The notes below the pieces were generated by a model that was not told the DNA's origin, did not search any database, and saw only the letters and a program-made list of their open reading frames with translations. A stretch of 64,000 nucleotides of DNA from Macrostomum hystrix (Eukaryota > Animalia > Platyhelminthes): positions 434,001 to 498,000 of the forward strand of contig CATNEN010000009.1 in assembly GCA_950097015.1 (NCBI GenBank), read 5' to 3'. The position numbers and the translations under genes are program-made. Shown here one piece after another: positions 26,898 to 38,547 of the stretch (positions are counted from its first letter, which is position 1; the number at the start of each line of letters is the position of its first letter).

Positions 26898-27823
26898 GTC
26901 GATTCATCGCGTGCGGGCTGCTTGGTGATTTCGCCTGTGTTTCTTGCGAGAGCAGGTCTCCCATTGTACTTCAACCTGGCATGGATCTCAAATTTCGCCT
27001 AATTAAAGGCAATTGCATAAAAAATATTTTCTACCATTTTCATATTTTTTAAAATAGAGGCCAGGGTGATAAAGTGCGCGGCTCCGTCGGGCATACCAAG
27101 CAGACTGATGCCTTGAGACTGTCCCCGTGCCAGCTGATCTGTGCAATATTTTCTGACTCACATGCTTGCTAATTGTGGCCTTAGCTGGCTCATTTCCTGT
27201 GTCAATCAGTCTAAGCGCCGACGTCTTTGTGGAATAAAGTCTGTCTGAGGAACAAATTGTATCCCCGCTTCTTCCATATGCCATCTTCAAGGCAATTTCT
27301 ACCACTTGTGCCTCTTCCTCTCATCCACCAATCCTTAACAAAAGTGGCCCGAGTGGCATTGGTGGTGGCATGGCCACCGGGAGAGCCATCGAGTTGGTCC
27401 AATGCGCCAACAATATTATTTAAAGGGCATTAATTCAATTACTCCTGGCCTAATTAAGGATTTGGAGGGCCTCCCGCGGCTCCTTGATGTTCCTGTGTTC
27501 CCAGCCATCGGCTTGCCTGCTCTCGCGGTCTCGAAGCAGCGGCCAGTCCCTGCCGCCATTCTATTTGGTGTCGCATCCCGCTGAGAGGCGGCCTGGCTTT
27601 TAATTAGAGAGTTGAGGCAATTGAGGATCTGTCCGCTCCACTTCTGCGCCTTCACTCCCGCTTGCCGCCAAGGCAGCTGGGCAGCTCGAGGAGCTCGCGA
27701 CCTCCCGTATATTCATTGATCGTTGATAATGAATGACAATGACAATGACAATAATCATTGATCGCAGTAAGGTAGCATTGGGCTGAGAACAGCAGAAAGT
27801 AAGGGGTAGACAGCCAGCTGATG

Positions 27824-27825
<2 letters not shown>

Positions 27826-27871
<46 letters not shown>

Positions 27872-27872
27872 G
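27826..27872. repeat. (GACA)n microsatellite
   Basis: Seen directly. Confidence 0.95.
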
Positions 27873-28597
27873 CGTGACAGTTAGTCAGCAGAGCCGCCGG
27901 GTGTTGATCTCGTGGCGCAGCAGCTTCAGGTTCGCGCCGCCGCCGTCAGCTGCTCCTCTGGGCTCCTACAATTGGATTAGGTTGAATTTCACCGCGGTGT
28001 AGTTGCTGCAATACCTCGCTACAAGCCTCAAACCAGGATGCTGCTTGGAGACTGAGCTCTCTGCAGCTCACTGTGAGAATGCCGAGCAATTTCTGGACCC
28101 GTTCGAGCATAGAGGCGGGGGCGGGGGTCCTGTTATTTCCCCTCGGATCCATAATAAGGAGAAGTGATTGATTTTTGCTTTTCGCTACAAATCGATGCTT
28201 TCCCTTGCGGGCACTGACGCCTTGGCCACCCCTCCAGCCGCGGCGCGGCGGAAGAACATTTAATTTTGCGTAGAATTTCGCACTATAGTGCAAGGGCTGA
28301 ACTCTTGCTCACAAGGAAGACATTTTCCTCATCCAGTCTATTTGAGATCTGCTGGATAGCGGGCCGCTCTGAGGCCATTTCACGGAACTGACAAGGCTAC
28401 CGATTAGCCCAGGTCAGTCAGGCGCCAGGTGAGGCCAGAGCTTTCTTAGGGTGCTCCATGCAGTCAGCAATTTCTCCATTCCTCACAATAAACTGCTTCT
28501 TTGAGGTTCCGTAATCAGGTTTCTTGCGAAGTTAACTTTTCTCGAGCTTCCTTCCGCAGCCTGAACCTCAGCCTCTCCCTGACACACAAAGCATCAC

Positions 28598-28975
28598 CGG
28601 ACCTCCTGAATTGCCGTGGCAGCTCGTCATCCAAGCCGGACCTCCTGGACTGCTGCAGCAGTTCGTCATCCAAACCGGACCTCCTAGACTGCTGTGGCAG
28701 CTCGTCATCCAAGCCGGACCTCCTGGACTGCTGTGGCAGCTCGTCAATCAAGCCGGACCTCCTGGACTGCTGTGGCAGCTCGTCATCCAAGCCGGAACTC
28801 CTTGACTGCTGTGGCAGCTTGTCATCCTTGCCGGACCTCCTGGACTGCTGTGGCAGCTCGTCATCCTCGCCGGACCTCCTGGACTGCTGTGGCAGCTCGT
28901 CATCCAAGCCGGACCTCCTGGACTGCTGTGGCAGCTCGTCATCCAAGCCAAACCTCCTGGACTGCTGCGGCAGCT
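28598..28975. repeat. 39-bp minisatellite
   Basis: ggacctcctggactgctgtggcagctcgtcatccaagcc, about 9-10 copies. Confidence 0.95.
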
Positions 28976-29639
28976 ACCCCGTCGATAATAATGGCCGCCG
29001 GGGGACCCCGTGGACTCCGCAGACTCAACAGGACCTCCTGAACTGCTGCGACAAGAAGTTGAAGCCGCAGCGAAGCCCCTGACCCCCGCAGCGACGGTAG
29101 GCCAGGGCTGACGGACACTCAGCCTCATCTGCAGCTCCCAGTTTGCAGTCGCTCAGCTTCCCAACCCCTGTGGTCTTCTCCACCGCCTATTTTAGCCGCC
29201 TTGTGATGAAGCACAGAGGCTGGGGCTGCGTGGGACGAGAAGCAGCTGCGCCCGGGGCGCGTGGCTTTTCCCAAGGCGGGTCAGGCCTGGTTTGGACTGG
29301 GAGATCCCATGGGATTTAATGCAGGCCGCCCTCCATTCACTCTAAACTGTGAAAAAATGGGAGAAAATGTCGCTAGCTTTGGAATTAAACACCTTCCATA
29401 AAGTTTCTGGAGATTTGCTTCTGAATTGGGTTAATTACGGACTTTTCCTGGAAATGACTGCCTTGCAAGAGCAGCTGGAACTTTTCTTGAATCGGCAAGC
29501 GACACGAAATTATTTATCGTCCTTTCTACACTTAAAATCTTGCCCCTTCCTGTGCATGGTTGCATTCTGGCAACGTACTTGACGGACCACCTCAGATAGC
29601 CCCATCTGTCCCATCCGCCTCATCCCATCCTTCGCAATC

Positions 29640-30440
29640 CCATTTCATCACACCTTATCCCATCCCATCCCATCCAATCCCATTTCATCCAAGCCCATCC
29701 CAAACTGGCCCATCCCATCCCATCCAATCCCATCCAAGCCCATCCTATCCAATCCCATCCCATCCAATCCCATCCAAGCCCATCCCATCCAATCCCATCC
29801 CATCCAATCCCATCCCATTTCATCCCAGCCCATCCCATCAAAGCCCATCCCGTCCAATCCCATCCCATCCAATCCCATCCCATCCAAGCCCATCCAATCC
29901 AATCCCATCCCATCCAATCCCATCCCATCCAAGCCCATCCAATCCAATCCCATCCCATCCAATCCCATCACATCCAAGCCCATCCCATCCAAGACCATCC
30001 CATCCAATCCAATCCCATTTCATCCCAGCCCATCCCAAACTGGCCCATCCCATCCCAGCCCATCCCATCCCAGCCCATCCCATCCCAGCCCATCCCATCC
30101 AAGACCATCCCATCCAATCCAATCCCATTTCATCCCAGCCCATCCCAAACTGGCCCATCCCATCCCAGCCCATCCCATCCCAGCCCATCCCATCCAAGCC
30201 CATCCCAAACTGGCCCATCCCATCCCAGCCCATCCCGTCCAAGCCCATCCCGTCCAATCCCATCCCATCCAATCCCATCCCATCCAAGCCCATCCCATCC
30301 CATCCCATCCAATCCCATCCCATCTCATCCCATCCCATCGCATTTCATTTATCACATCCCATACTATCCTACCCCATGGCATCCTACCCTATCTCATCAT
30401 ATTCCAGCCATCCCATACATTCCATCCCATCCCATCCTGT
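29640..30440. repeat. (CCATC)n pentanucleotide array with variants
   Basis: Seen directly. Confidence 0.95.
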
Positions 30441-30657
30441 GTTGAGGATTGATTTCCGCTGCTGTTGCCACTCACCCCATCGCCGCTCCCATCTCATGGC
30501 AATCAGCACCAGGTCCTGATTTTATTAGCTACGCATGCGGGCTGCAGGGACTTGGGGATTTCGCTGTGGTGCTCGTGTGCTCTTCCTGGCTTAGGGATGA
30601 GCAGAGCATTAATTAGCTGGGGCTAATATGATCGTAATAATTCTGGCACGCGCTGTG

Positions 30658-30878
30658 CTAGAGCTGGGAGGCCAATTGTGCGGGGGCTTGGCTGCAAACA
30701 TTACAAGTACAATCGAAGGCACCACAGATACATCGCTCACCTTGCCCCAGCTGCCTCAGGGTGCGGCGCCTGCGACTTCGGCAGGTGAGAATCTTCCAGA
30801 AGGTGCGCCGGAAATTCACGTTGCACAGGGCGTAGCAGACAGGATTCATGGTGGAGTTCAGGTAGCACAGCCAGTAAC
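30658..30878 (-). CDS. mAChR: Muscarinic acetylcholine receptor, last coding exon (TM7, NPxxY, helix 8)
   Basis: gaacccgcag|GT TAC TGG gives [31 protein letters not shown]; phase 1 matches the upstream donor. The C-tail might splice further at the gtgagc near 30735. Confidence 0.88.
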
Positions 30879-31250
30879 CTGCGGGTTCAGGTTGAGGCCT
30901 TCAGGGTTCAGGGTTCATGATGGAGTTCAGGTAGCACAGCCAGTAACCTGCGGGTTCAGGTTGAGGCCTTCAGGGTTCAGGGTTCATGATGGAGTTCAGG
31001 TAGCACAGCCAGTAACCTGCGGGTTCAGGTTGAGGCCTTCAGGGTTCAGGGTTCATGATGGAGTTCAGGTAGCACAGCCAGTAACCTGCGGGTTCAGGTT
31101 GAGGCCTTCAGGGTTCAGGGTTCATGATGGAGTTCAGGTAGCACAGCCAGTAACCTGCGGGTTCAGGTTGAGGCCTTCAGGGTTCAGGGTTCATGATGGA
31201 GTTCAGGTAGCACAGCCAGTAACCTGCGGGTTCAGGTTGAGGTCTTCAGG
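30848..31250. repeat. 69-bp tandem repeat spanning the intron/exon junction of mAChR TM7
   Basis: Six copies of acceptor + GYWLCYLNS[T/I]MNP; AG positions at ~30879, 30948, 31017, 31086, 31155, 31224. Confidence 0.95.
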
Positions 31251-32266
31251 TTTGATGTGAAGCTCAGACATTCTAAGCCTTCAATGTTTCAGTTTCTAAG
31301 CTTAGACGGATAAGCCCAGAGAACTGTTGAACTTTCGGGTTCAGAAGAGGCAGGGGTTGAGTTGAGTTCACGGCTTTGTTCTCATGTTTTCTTCAAAAGC
31401 AAAAGCTAATTGCTCAGAGTAGCCTGTGCTGGCCGGCTGGCCTAAGGCTAATCCGAGCTGCTTTGAGCACAAAAAGGCGGCTGTCACACCAGACCAACCT
31501 TTTCGTAACTTTTATTTTGCTGCGCTTAAATAATCATTTTGCTCGTCTTTTTGCGCTAGGGTGGATTGCTAGCCTAGCCCCGGCCTGAGCGCCTCATTGC
31601 AGAGTTCCTTCCGAGCTCAGTGCGGCCACTCAGCTGGGTGAGGCAAACACTGAAGGGGAGAAGATGGGCCTGAAAGCCCAGTTGGAGAGGCCTTTGTGCC
31701 AAGACTTTCCGTCTCCCTGGCCCCCAATATTTTATTGATTGCCGGCAGTTGCTGCTCCACTGGCAGCCGACTCCAAAGAGATTTGATGAACGGCTCAGAA
31801 ATTTGCATTATTATGCCAGATAATTGGCGCAGATAAGAAATACCTGATTAATCAGGGGAGACGGCGCAGCCTTCTGTGCCACAAAAATTCCTGATAAATT
31901 TCGTGGCCAGCGGCCCGAGCAGCCCCTGAAACTGACAGCCAGTGGCGCCACTAAACTGGGCAAAAAACTCCCGCCCCCCCCAAACTGGGGAGAAGGGAGC
32001 TGGATAGGAAGGCCCAGGGAACTCGCAGCTGGTGCGGAGGCCTTGGAATGCCGATAGTGGGAGTTTTATTGTGCTGCCGCCCACGTCTTGGCTCAAAGCA
32101 GCGCGGGAAAACTGTGGCTGAGCTGGGCTGGGGAGCAGATAAAATAAAAAGGGAGAGGGAAATGAGAGTCGCTAAAAAGAGCGCTCCTGATGGGGAAAAG
32201 TTTCTAAACTTTCGCAGGTGTTGCAATTCCCGCCTGGGTCTTTCCAGCCAGCCAGCTGCTACTCAC

Positions 32267-32782
32267 CGAAGTTGTAGATGGTGTCCGGGATGAGCGGCTG
32301 GTAAAGCTCGTCCGGGCAGTGCGCCCGGTAGACGGCGCGAATGAGGGTGAAGACGCTGTAGGGAATCCACGTGATGATGAACACCAGCAGGATGGCGCTC
32401 AGCGTCTTGGCCGCCTTCTGTTCGTTCTTCGACTCCTTCTTGCTGTGCTTCTGCGCCTCGGAAACGCGTCTGAGGTTGCGCTGCGGGTGACCGGAATGCT
32501 GGCCCGTCCGGCGAAGGCTCGAGCCGTCGCCGATGCTGTCAATGCCGCTGTCCGCTGTAGCATTGGACTTGGCGCTGTCGAACCGACCAGCTGATGTAGC
32601 GGCCGGCTGATGGAGCTGCGACTGCTGCTTGAGGAACTGCGACGGCTCGGCTGTGACGTCAGAGATGCGCTTCGAGCGGAGCTGCACCCGACCGCGGCCG
32701 CTGGCGTCCGGCACGCGGATCCACACTATGTAGCTGGGCTGGTCCTCCGGCAGCTCCGAGACCAGCTCGTCCGAGAGCGAGA
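32267..32782 (-). CDS. mAChR: Muscarinic acetylcholine receptor, exon 2 (end of ICL3, TM6, ECL3)
   Basis: SKNEQKAAKTLSAILLVFIITWIPYSVF; acceptor gaacccgcag|TC and donor G|gtgagt, both phase 1. Confidence 0.9.
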
Positions 32783-33182
32783 CTGCGGGTTCGTGGCGTA
32801 GTCGGGCTCAGCTAAGGGCTGCCATTGGCCTGGGAGACTGCGGGTTCGTGGCCGGGTTGGGCTCAGCTAAGGGCTGCCAATGGCCTGGGAGACTGCGGGT
32901 TCGTGGCGGAGTCGGGCTCAGCTAAGGGCTGCCAATGGCCTGGGAGACTGCGGGTTCGTGGCGGAGTCGGGCTCAGCTAAGGGCTGCCAATGGCCTGGGA
33001 GACTGCGGGTTCGTGGCGGAGTCGGGCTCAGCTAAGGGCTGCCATTGGCCTGGGAGACTGCGGGTTCGTGGCGGGGTCGGTCTCAGCTAAGGGCTGCCAT
33101 TGGCCTGGGAGACTGCGGGTTCGTGGCGGAGTCGGCCTCAGCTAAGGGCTGCCATTGGCCTGGGAGACTGCGGGTTCGTGGC
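32780..33182. repeat. 55-bp tandem repeat containing the mAChR exon-2 splice acceptor
   Basis: Eight copies of gactgcgggttcgtggc at 55-bp spacing (32783 to 33168). Confidence 0.95.
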
Positions 33183-33607
33183 ACTGCATTCGAGTCACTT
33201 GGCGTACAGTTCAGCTCGGGTAGAACTCATTGAGCTGCCTGGAGCAGCTTGCACAGCTCGTCCCCATCTGCCAGATCATTACGCGCCACTCATCCAGCCA
33301 GGTAAGAAGACAGACACGAAAGGCAAGTTTCACCTGGCTCTGCAGGCCGCTGTGCAAACTGCCTGGCCAGCCTCTGCTTGCACACCGTTAATAATTGATG
33401 GCACCTTCTACCTCACAGCTACCGTGCCGCTCTGTCCACTTCGCATTTCGAGGTGGCGCCCGCGCCCGCAGCAGTTCTTCGATACAATGTCCTCTCACCT
33501 GCTTTTCTCAGTTTCTTCAAGGAAAATAAACTGCTGCGTGAAAAAGCGCGCTTGTTTTGTTCAACTCCCTGACTCGAGAACTTTAGCTTCGTAACTCTGT
33601 GATACCT

Positions 33608-33792
33608 ACTGCTCACCTGACAGCCTCAGTGCATTGCTATGGGATCTGCTGCTCACCTGACAGTCTCAGTGCATTGCTATGGGATCTGCTGCTCACCTGA
33701 CAGTCTCAGTGCATTGCTATGGGATCTGCTGCTCACCTGACAGTCTCAGTGCATTGCTATGGGATCTGCTGCTCACCTGACATTGCTATGGG
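33608..33792. repeat. 40-bp tandem repeat carrying CAG|GTGAGC donor consensus on the - strand
   Basis: ctgctcacctgacagtctcagtgcattgctatgggatctg, about 4.5 copies. Confidence 0.93.
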
Positions 33793-34559
33793 AACTTGGG
33801 CTGAAAGAAATCCCACAGGACATGAGAGTCCCACCTGATAGTCCTATTTGGAAAAGTTCTTGTTGACGCTTAGTGAGTAGACGACCCCCACTTTGCATTC
33901 TTCCCAATTCCCAGGTTTCTTCAACAGGGGAGGCCATTGTGGCAGCACGGTGCTTGAGGCAGATTCAAGCAGCTGGCCTGCAACCTGACGGCTGCAGCAG
34001 CTCTGCCCAGCAACTCGCTGAGGAGCCGGGCACACTGATTGATGCCGGCAAGCTGCTTGAGAGTGGCAGGAAGAGAAGTGCCCAGGCGGGCGGGGCTCCA
34101 GTCACTCATGCTGGCAGTCGCCCACTCAGTTCCCAAAGTCCTCCATCGTCGCGTACGCAAGCGGGCGCGCAAGAAATGCCACTTGACTGGCTCTGGCAAA
34201 CTCATCCAGGCTGCGGCAGCCTTGGAGAGGCCGCAGGCGGGTGGGACGGAGGCTGCCAGGTAAGCCGGGGTGGGGCCGGTGGGAGACAAAGTTCACACCT
34301 CACCCGCTGTTAAGCCAGGGGACGGCGGAGAGGAGGAGTCGAACATGAATGCCGCGCCGCAGGAGGCCAGAGGAGACTGCAGCTGCTCAGTGTCACAATT
34401 CACATCTGCTCTGAGCCTGTTCTGGGTACTCTCTCAGCCTTGTCAGGCCGCTTGTGGAGGCTAACAGGCATCGATTAGACTGACTCTGCGGCCTCAGGCC
34501 TGCCTGGCCGGCTAAAGTCCAGGCTGGCAGCTGCGACGGTTCCTAACCAATAGACATGG

Positions 34560-35270
34560 TAGATGACAGATGACAGATGACAGATGACAGATGACAGGTG
34601 ACAGATGACATGTGACAGATGAAAGATTATAAATTATAGATGGTAGATGACAGAGGACAGATGACATGTGACAGATGAAAGATGATAAATAATAGATGAC
34701 AGATGATAGATGACAGATGACAGGCGACAGATGACAGACGACAGATGACAGACGACAGATGACAGATTTATTGGATTAAAGATGATACACCTTAGATAAT
34801 AGGTGATATATGACAGACAATAGATGACAGACAATAGATGACAGACAATAGATGACAGACAATGGATGACAGACAATAGATGACAGACAATAGATGACAG
34901 ACAATGGATGACAGACAATAGATGACAGACAATGGATGACAGACAATAGATGACAGACAATAGATGGCAGACAATAGATGACAGACAATGGATGACAGAC
35001 AATAGATGACAGACAATAGATGGCAGACAATAGATGACAGACAATAGATGACAGACAATAGATGACAGACAATAGATGACAGACAATGGATGACAGACAA
35101 TAGATGACAGACAATAGATGACAGACAATGGATGACAGACAATAGATGGCAGACAATAGATGACAGACAATGGATGACAGACAATAGATGACAGACAATA
35201 GATGACAGACAATAGATGACAGATGATAGGTGATGGACAATAGATGACAGATGATAGGTGATGGGTGACC
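34560..35270. repeat. (agatgac)n / 14-bp atagatgacagaca array
   Basis: Seen directly. Confidence 0.93.
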
Positions 35271-35407
35271 GAAAGCAGATGACAGAAAGGACATAAGGCA
35301 GAGATATTAGAGATGAGAGATAAGTGATTAGTGATTAGAGATGCGTTTTAGAGGTGAGCTATGGGTGACTAGAGATGTGTGACGAGTGATGAGTTAGAGG
35401 CGATATG

Positions 35408-36012
35408 AGAGATTTGTGAGACATGAGAAAATCTCCGTCTCCTTCTCCATTCGAGGATTCGAGAGATTTGTGAGACATGAGAAAATATCCGTCTCCTTCT
35501 CCATTCGAGGATTCGAGAGATTTGTGAGACATGAGAAAATCTCCGTCTCCTTCTCCATTCGAAGATTCGAAAGATCTGTGAGACATGAGAAAATCTCCGT
35601 CTCCTTCTCCATTCGAGGATTCGAGGGATTTTTGAGACATGAGAAAATCTCCGTCTCCTTCTCCATTCGAGGATTCGAGAGATTTCTGAGACATGAGAAA
35701 ATCTCCGTCTCCTTCTCCATTCGAGGATTCGAGAGATTTGTGAGACATGAGAAAATCTCCGTCTCCTTCTCCATTCGAGGATTCGAGAGATTTGTGAGAC
35801 ATAAGAAAATCTCCGTCTCCTTCTCCATTCGAGGATTCGAGAGATTTGTGAGACATAAGAAAATCTCCGTCTCCTTCTCCATTCGAGGATTCGAGAGATT
35901 TGTGAGACATGAGAAAATATCCGTCTCCTTCTCCATTCGAGGATTCGAAAGATCTGTGAGACATGAGAAAATCTCCGTCTCCTTCTCCATTCGAGGATTC
36001 GAAAGATTTGTG
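35408..36012. repeat. 54-bp minisatellite, 11 copies
   Basis: gagatttgtgagacatgagaaaatctccgtctccttctccattcgaggattcga. Confidence 0.96.
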
Positions 36013-36399
36013 AAAGCAAGATTTCTTGTAAAAGCTGCGATTCCCGGAAACAATGAGGATGGCTTCAGCAGGTGATGAGGCATTCATGAGGGTGTGCAGC
36101 AGCCAAAGATGGGATCATTGGGCCGGGCCTGCTACGTGTCCTCGGGGATTTCATGACCGAAAGCGTCAGGGCTTCGGCCTGGCTCTGTCAGCAGCTTGGC
36201 GAGCGAATTGCTCAAGCAGAGCACACTCGGTGGAGTGGGCGGCATTCGGGAAAGCTGCTGCTTCCTCGAACCTGATAGGAGTCGAGTTTCGCGAACTTAG
36301 CTTTTTCCCCGTGACTGCCGGCAGGGCATTGCAAGGGCGCGAGGCTGAGGAATTTTCACTTGTGCTCGGGGTGGGAAGTCAAGGGATTATTTGCGAGCA

Positions 36400-36740
36400 T
36401 CCATTCATGTCCATTCATGTCCATTCATGTCCATTCATGTCCATTTATGTCCATTCATGTCCATTCATGTCCATTTATGTCCATTCATGTCCATTCATGT
36501 CCATTCATGTCCATTTATGTTCATTTATGTCCATTCATGTCCATTTATGTCCACAGGTTTATAAACAGCGAAACTTCTGAGCGGATCAGGTGGTTAAAAT
36601 ATAGGTGTGTAATCTGTTATGCATGTGTGATATGTATTAGACAGGTGTGTAATCTGTTATGCATGTGTGATATGTGTTAGACAGGTGTGTAATCTGTTAG
36701 ACAGGTGTATAATCTGCTAGGCAGGTGTGATACCTTTTAA
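36400..36740. repeat. 10-bp (tccattcatg)n array followed by a short aggtgtgtaatctgtta repeat
   Basis: Seen directly at 36400-36552 and 36602-36740. Confidence 0.85.
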
Positions 36741-36867
36741 GCAGGACAGATAATCTGTTAGACCCCATTTCCAATGGACAGGTGCGCGATCTTCATCATT
36801 CAGAAGGGTTAGCTTGCTCTGTCAGCATCGAGCTGCTAATAGTTCCCTTCCAAGTCAAGAAACTCAC

Positions 36868-37942
36868 ACTCTGCATCAGTCGCGGCTGACGGAGCCAGCG
36901 AAGACTCGGCTGGTCGGCCCCGCCTTCCGGCCTGGTAATTGGCCCGGAAGTAGGAGTCGGAGCGGGGAAAATGCAGCGTCGACACCGGCCGGTCCTCGCG
37001 CAGTGTCAGGCTGCCGTCCCTCTCCAGCAGGCGGCCGTCTCGTGCCTCGCCGTCTGCCGTGTCGTCCTCCTCCCCGGCGGTTCCGTTGTCGTCGTCCTTG
37101 TCGATGATTCGGCCGAGACAACCGCGGAGATCGCGCCGACGGTGTCGACCGCGACGTCGGCCTCGTCGAATTGATGACCCGGGTGACTCGCTCGCGCTAG
37201 CGTGGCCGGTACCTCCGCCGCCGCCTTGCAGATTCTGCAGCTCACGCTGTCGCCGCTTGGTCTCCTGGAAGATGCGCACGTACAGCACCGTCATGACGGT
37301 GACAGGCAGGAAGAAGGCCATGATAGAGGTGAAGAAGGTCAGATAGGGGTTGTCGTTGATGAACTCCACCTGGCAGACGGTAGCCAGGCGGTCGGTCTTT
37401 GTGGCGGAGGAGAGCACGATGAGAGGGCTCCAGAGCACGATGGATACAGCCCAGGCGCAGGTGATCATGATCAGAGCACGGCGTGGTGTGCGGTGCGCCC
37501 GATAGACCAGCGGGCTGGTGACGGAGCGGTAGCGGTCGATGGAGATGATGAGGAGGCTGGCCACGGAGGCGTTGCACATTGTGTAGTCGAAGCATAGGTA
37601 CAGGTTGCATGCCACCACGCCGAAAGGCCAGTGATTAACCAGCAGGTAGACAGTGTACGTCGGCATCGAGACGAAGCCTATGAGCAGGTCAGCCACGGCC
37701 AGCGACATTAGAAAGTAGTTGCTCACGGAGCGCAGCTGCGGATCGATGCGGAAGGAGACGAGAACCAGCAGGTTGCCGAAGCCAGTGACGGCGCTAGCGG
37801 CTGCGGCCAGTATGGCGTAGAGGACGATCTCGTACACGGACAGCACCTCCGGGTCTGCGGTGCTGTTCCGAGCGGCTGGGGCCAGCGACTGGTTCAGCAG
37901 CACCAGAGACAGCTGCGACGCGTCTTTGGGCACGCAGGACAT
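36868..37942 (-). CDS. mAChR: Muscarinic acetylcholine receptor, exon 1 (TM1-TM5 and most of ICL3); spliced product ~603 aa
   Basis: GNLLVLVSF, SNYFLMSLAVADLLIG, FDY (D3.32), NASVASLLIISIDRY, YRAHRTPRRA and FFLPVTVMTVLYVRIFQET match the muscarinic family; donor T|gtgagt at 36862-36867. Confidence 0.93.
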
Positions 37943-38044
37943 TCTGAGCTTGGACCTGAGAGACTATCTGGGAGACGATTACTCTTGGATTACTTCTGCA
38001 GTTGCGCCCTCCAGATGAAGGAGTGGAGAAAAAGCCAGTTCGGT

Positions 38045-38095
38045 GACAGCCAATGGCTCAGAGCCGACGTAATCGACGCCTCTGATTGGTTGGGA
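38045..38095 (-). promoter_or_regulatory. Paired CCAAT boxes ~110-150 bp upstream of the mAChR ATG
   Basis: agccaatgg at ~38049 and ctgattggttgg at ~38082 in opposite orientations; positional inference only. Confidence 0.3.
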
Positions 38096-38547
38096 AGGCT
38101 TTCCGTTTATCAACCTTCAGCTGTGTAACTCTGCAGAACCTCTTTTCCCCTAATCCCAGGCATAAATACCAGCATTGTTCGATTCCCTCACCTGTGTGAT
38201 GCTGAATGGCCTGACAATTGGATTCCGGGTGCACAAGTTCGCAATTCAGTCAGCAGCTTGAATAGACAAAGAAGCAATTCAGTGCTTTGAGAATGCTTAA
38301 AGGAGAATGAGCCACACATGAAAGATAGCCCGGGTCCCTTAAAATTTCGCTCAGTTCCATGCACTTTTGCACCCAGGCTGTCTCTAATCTTCAACGAGAC
38401 AGAGCCGCAGTGTGTCAAGGCGAAGACAAGTTTGCATGCTGAGCAGAGGATGCTCAAGTGGAAGCATGGGAGACGGTGAGGTTCTAAAATACTTTAAGGT
38501 TGTCATGAAGCTTTGAACTTTGAGTAGCTATGAAGTTAGGGAACTTT

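Noticed and set aside
26900-28330. Short ORFs suggestive of decayed retroelement sequence
   Set aside because: No RT, endonuclease or transposase motif could be identified by eye.
28501-29082. Cys-rich (DLLDCCGSSSSKP)n ORF, metallothionein/keratin-associated-like
   Set aside because: 39-bp repeat that is also open on the opposite strand; no credible ATG or signal peptide.
35359-36580. ORFs of 175-242 aa in mAChR intron 1
   Set aside because: Mostly the 54-bp and 10-bp repeats; the unique parts show no recognisable motif.
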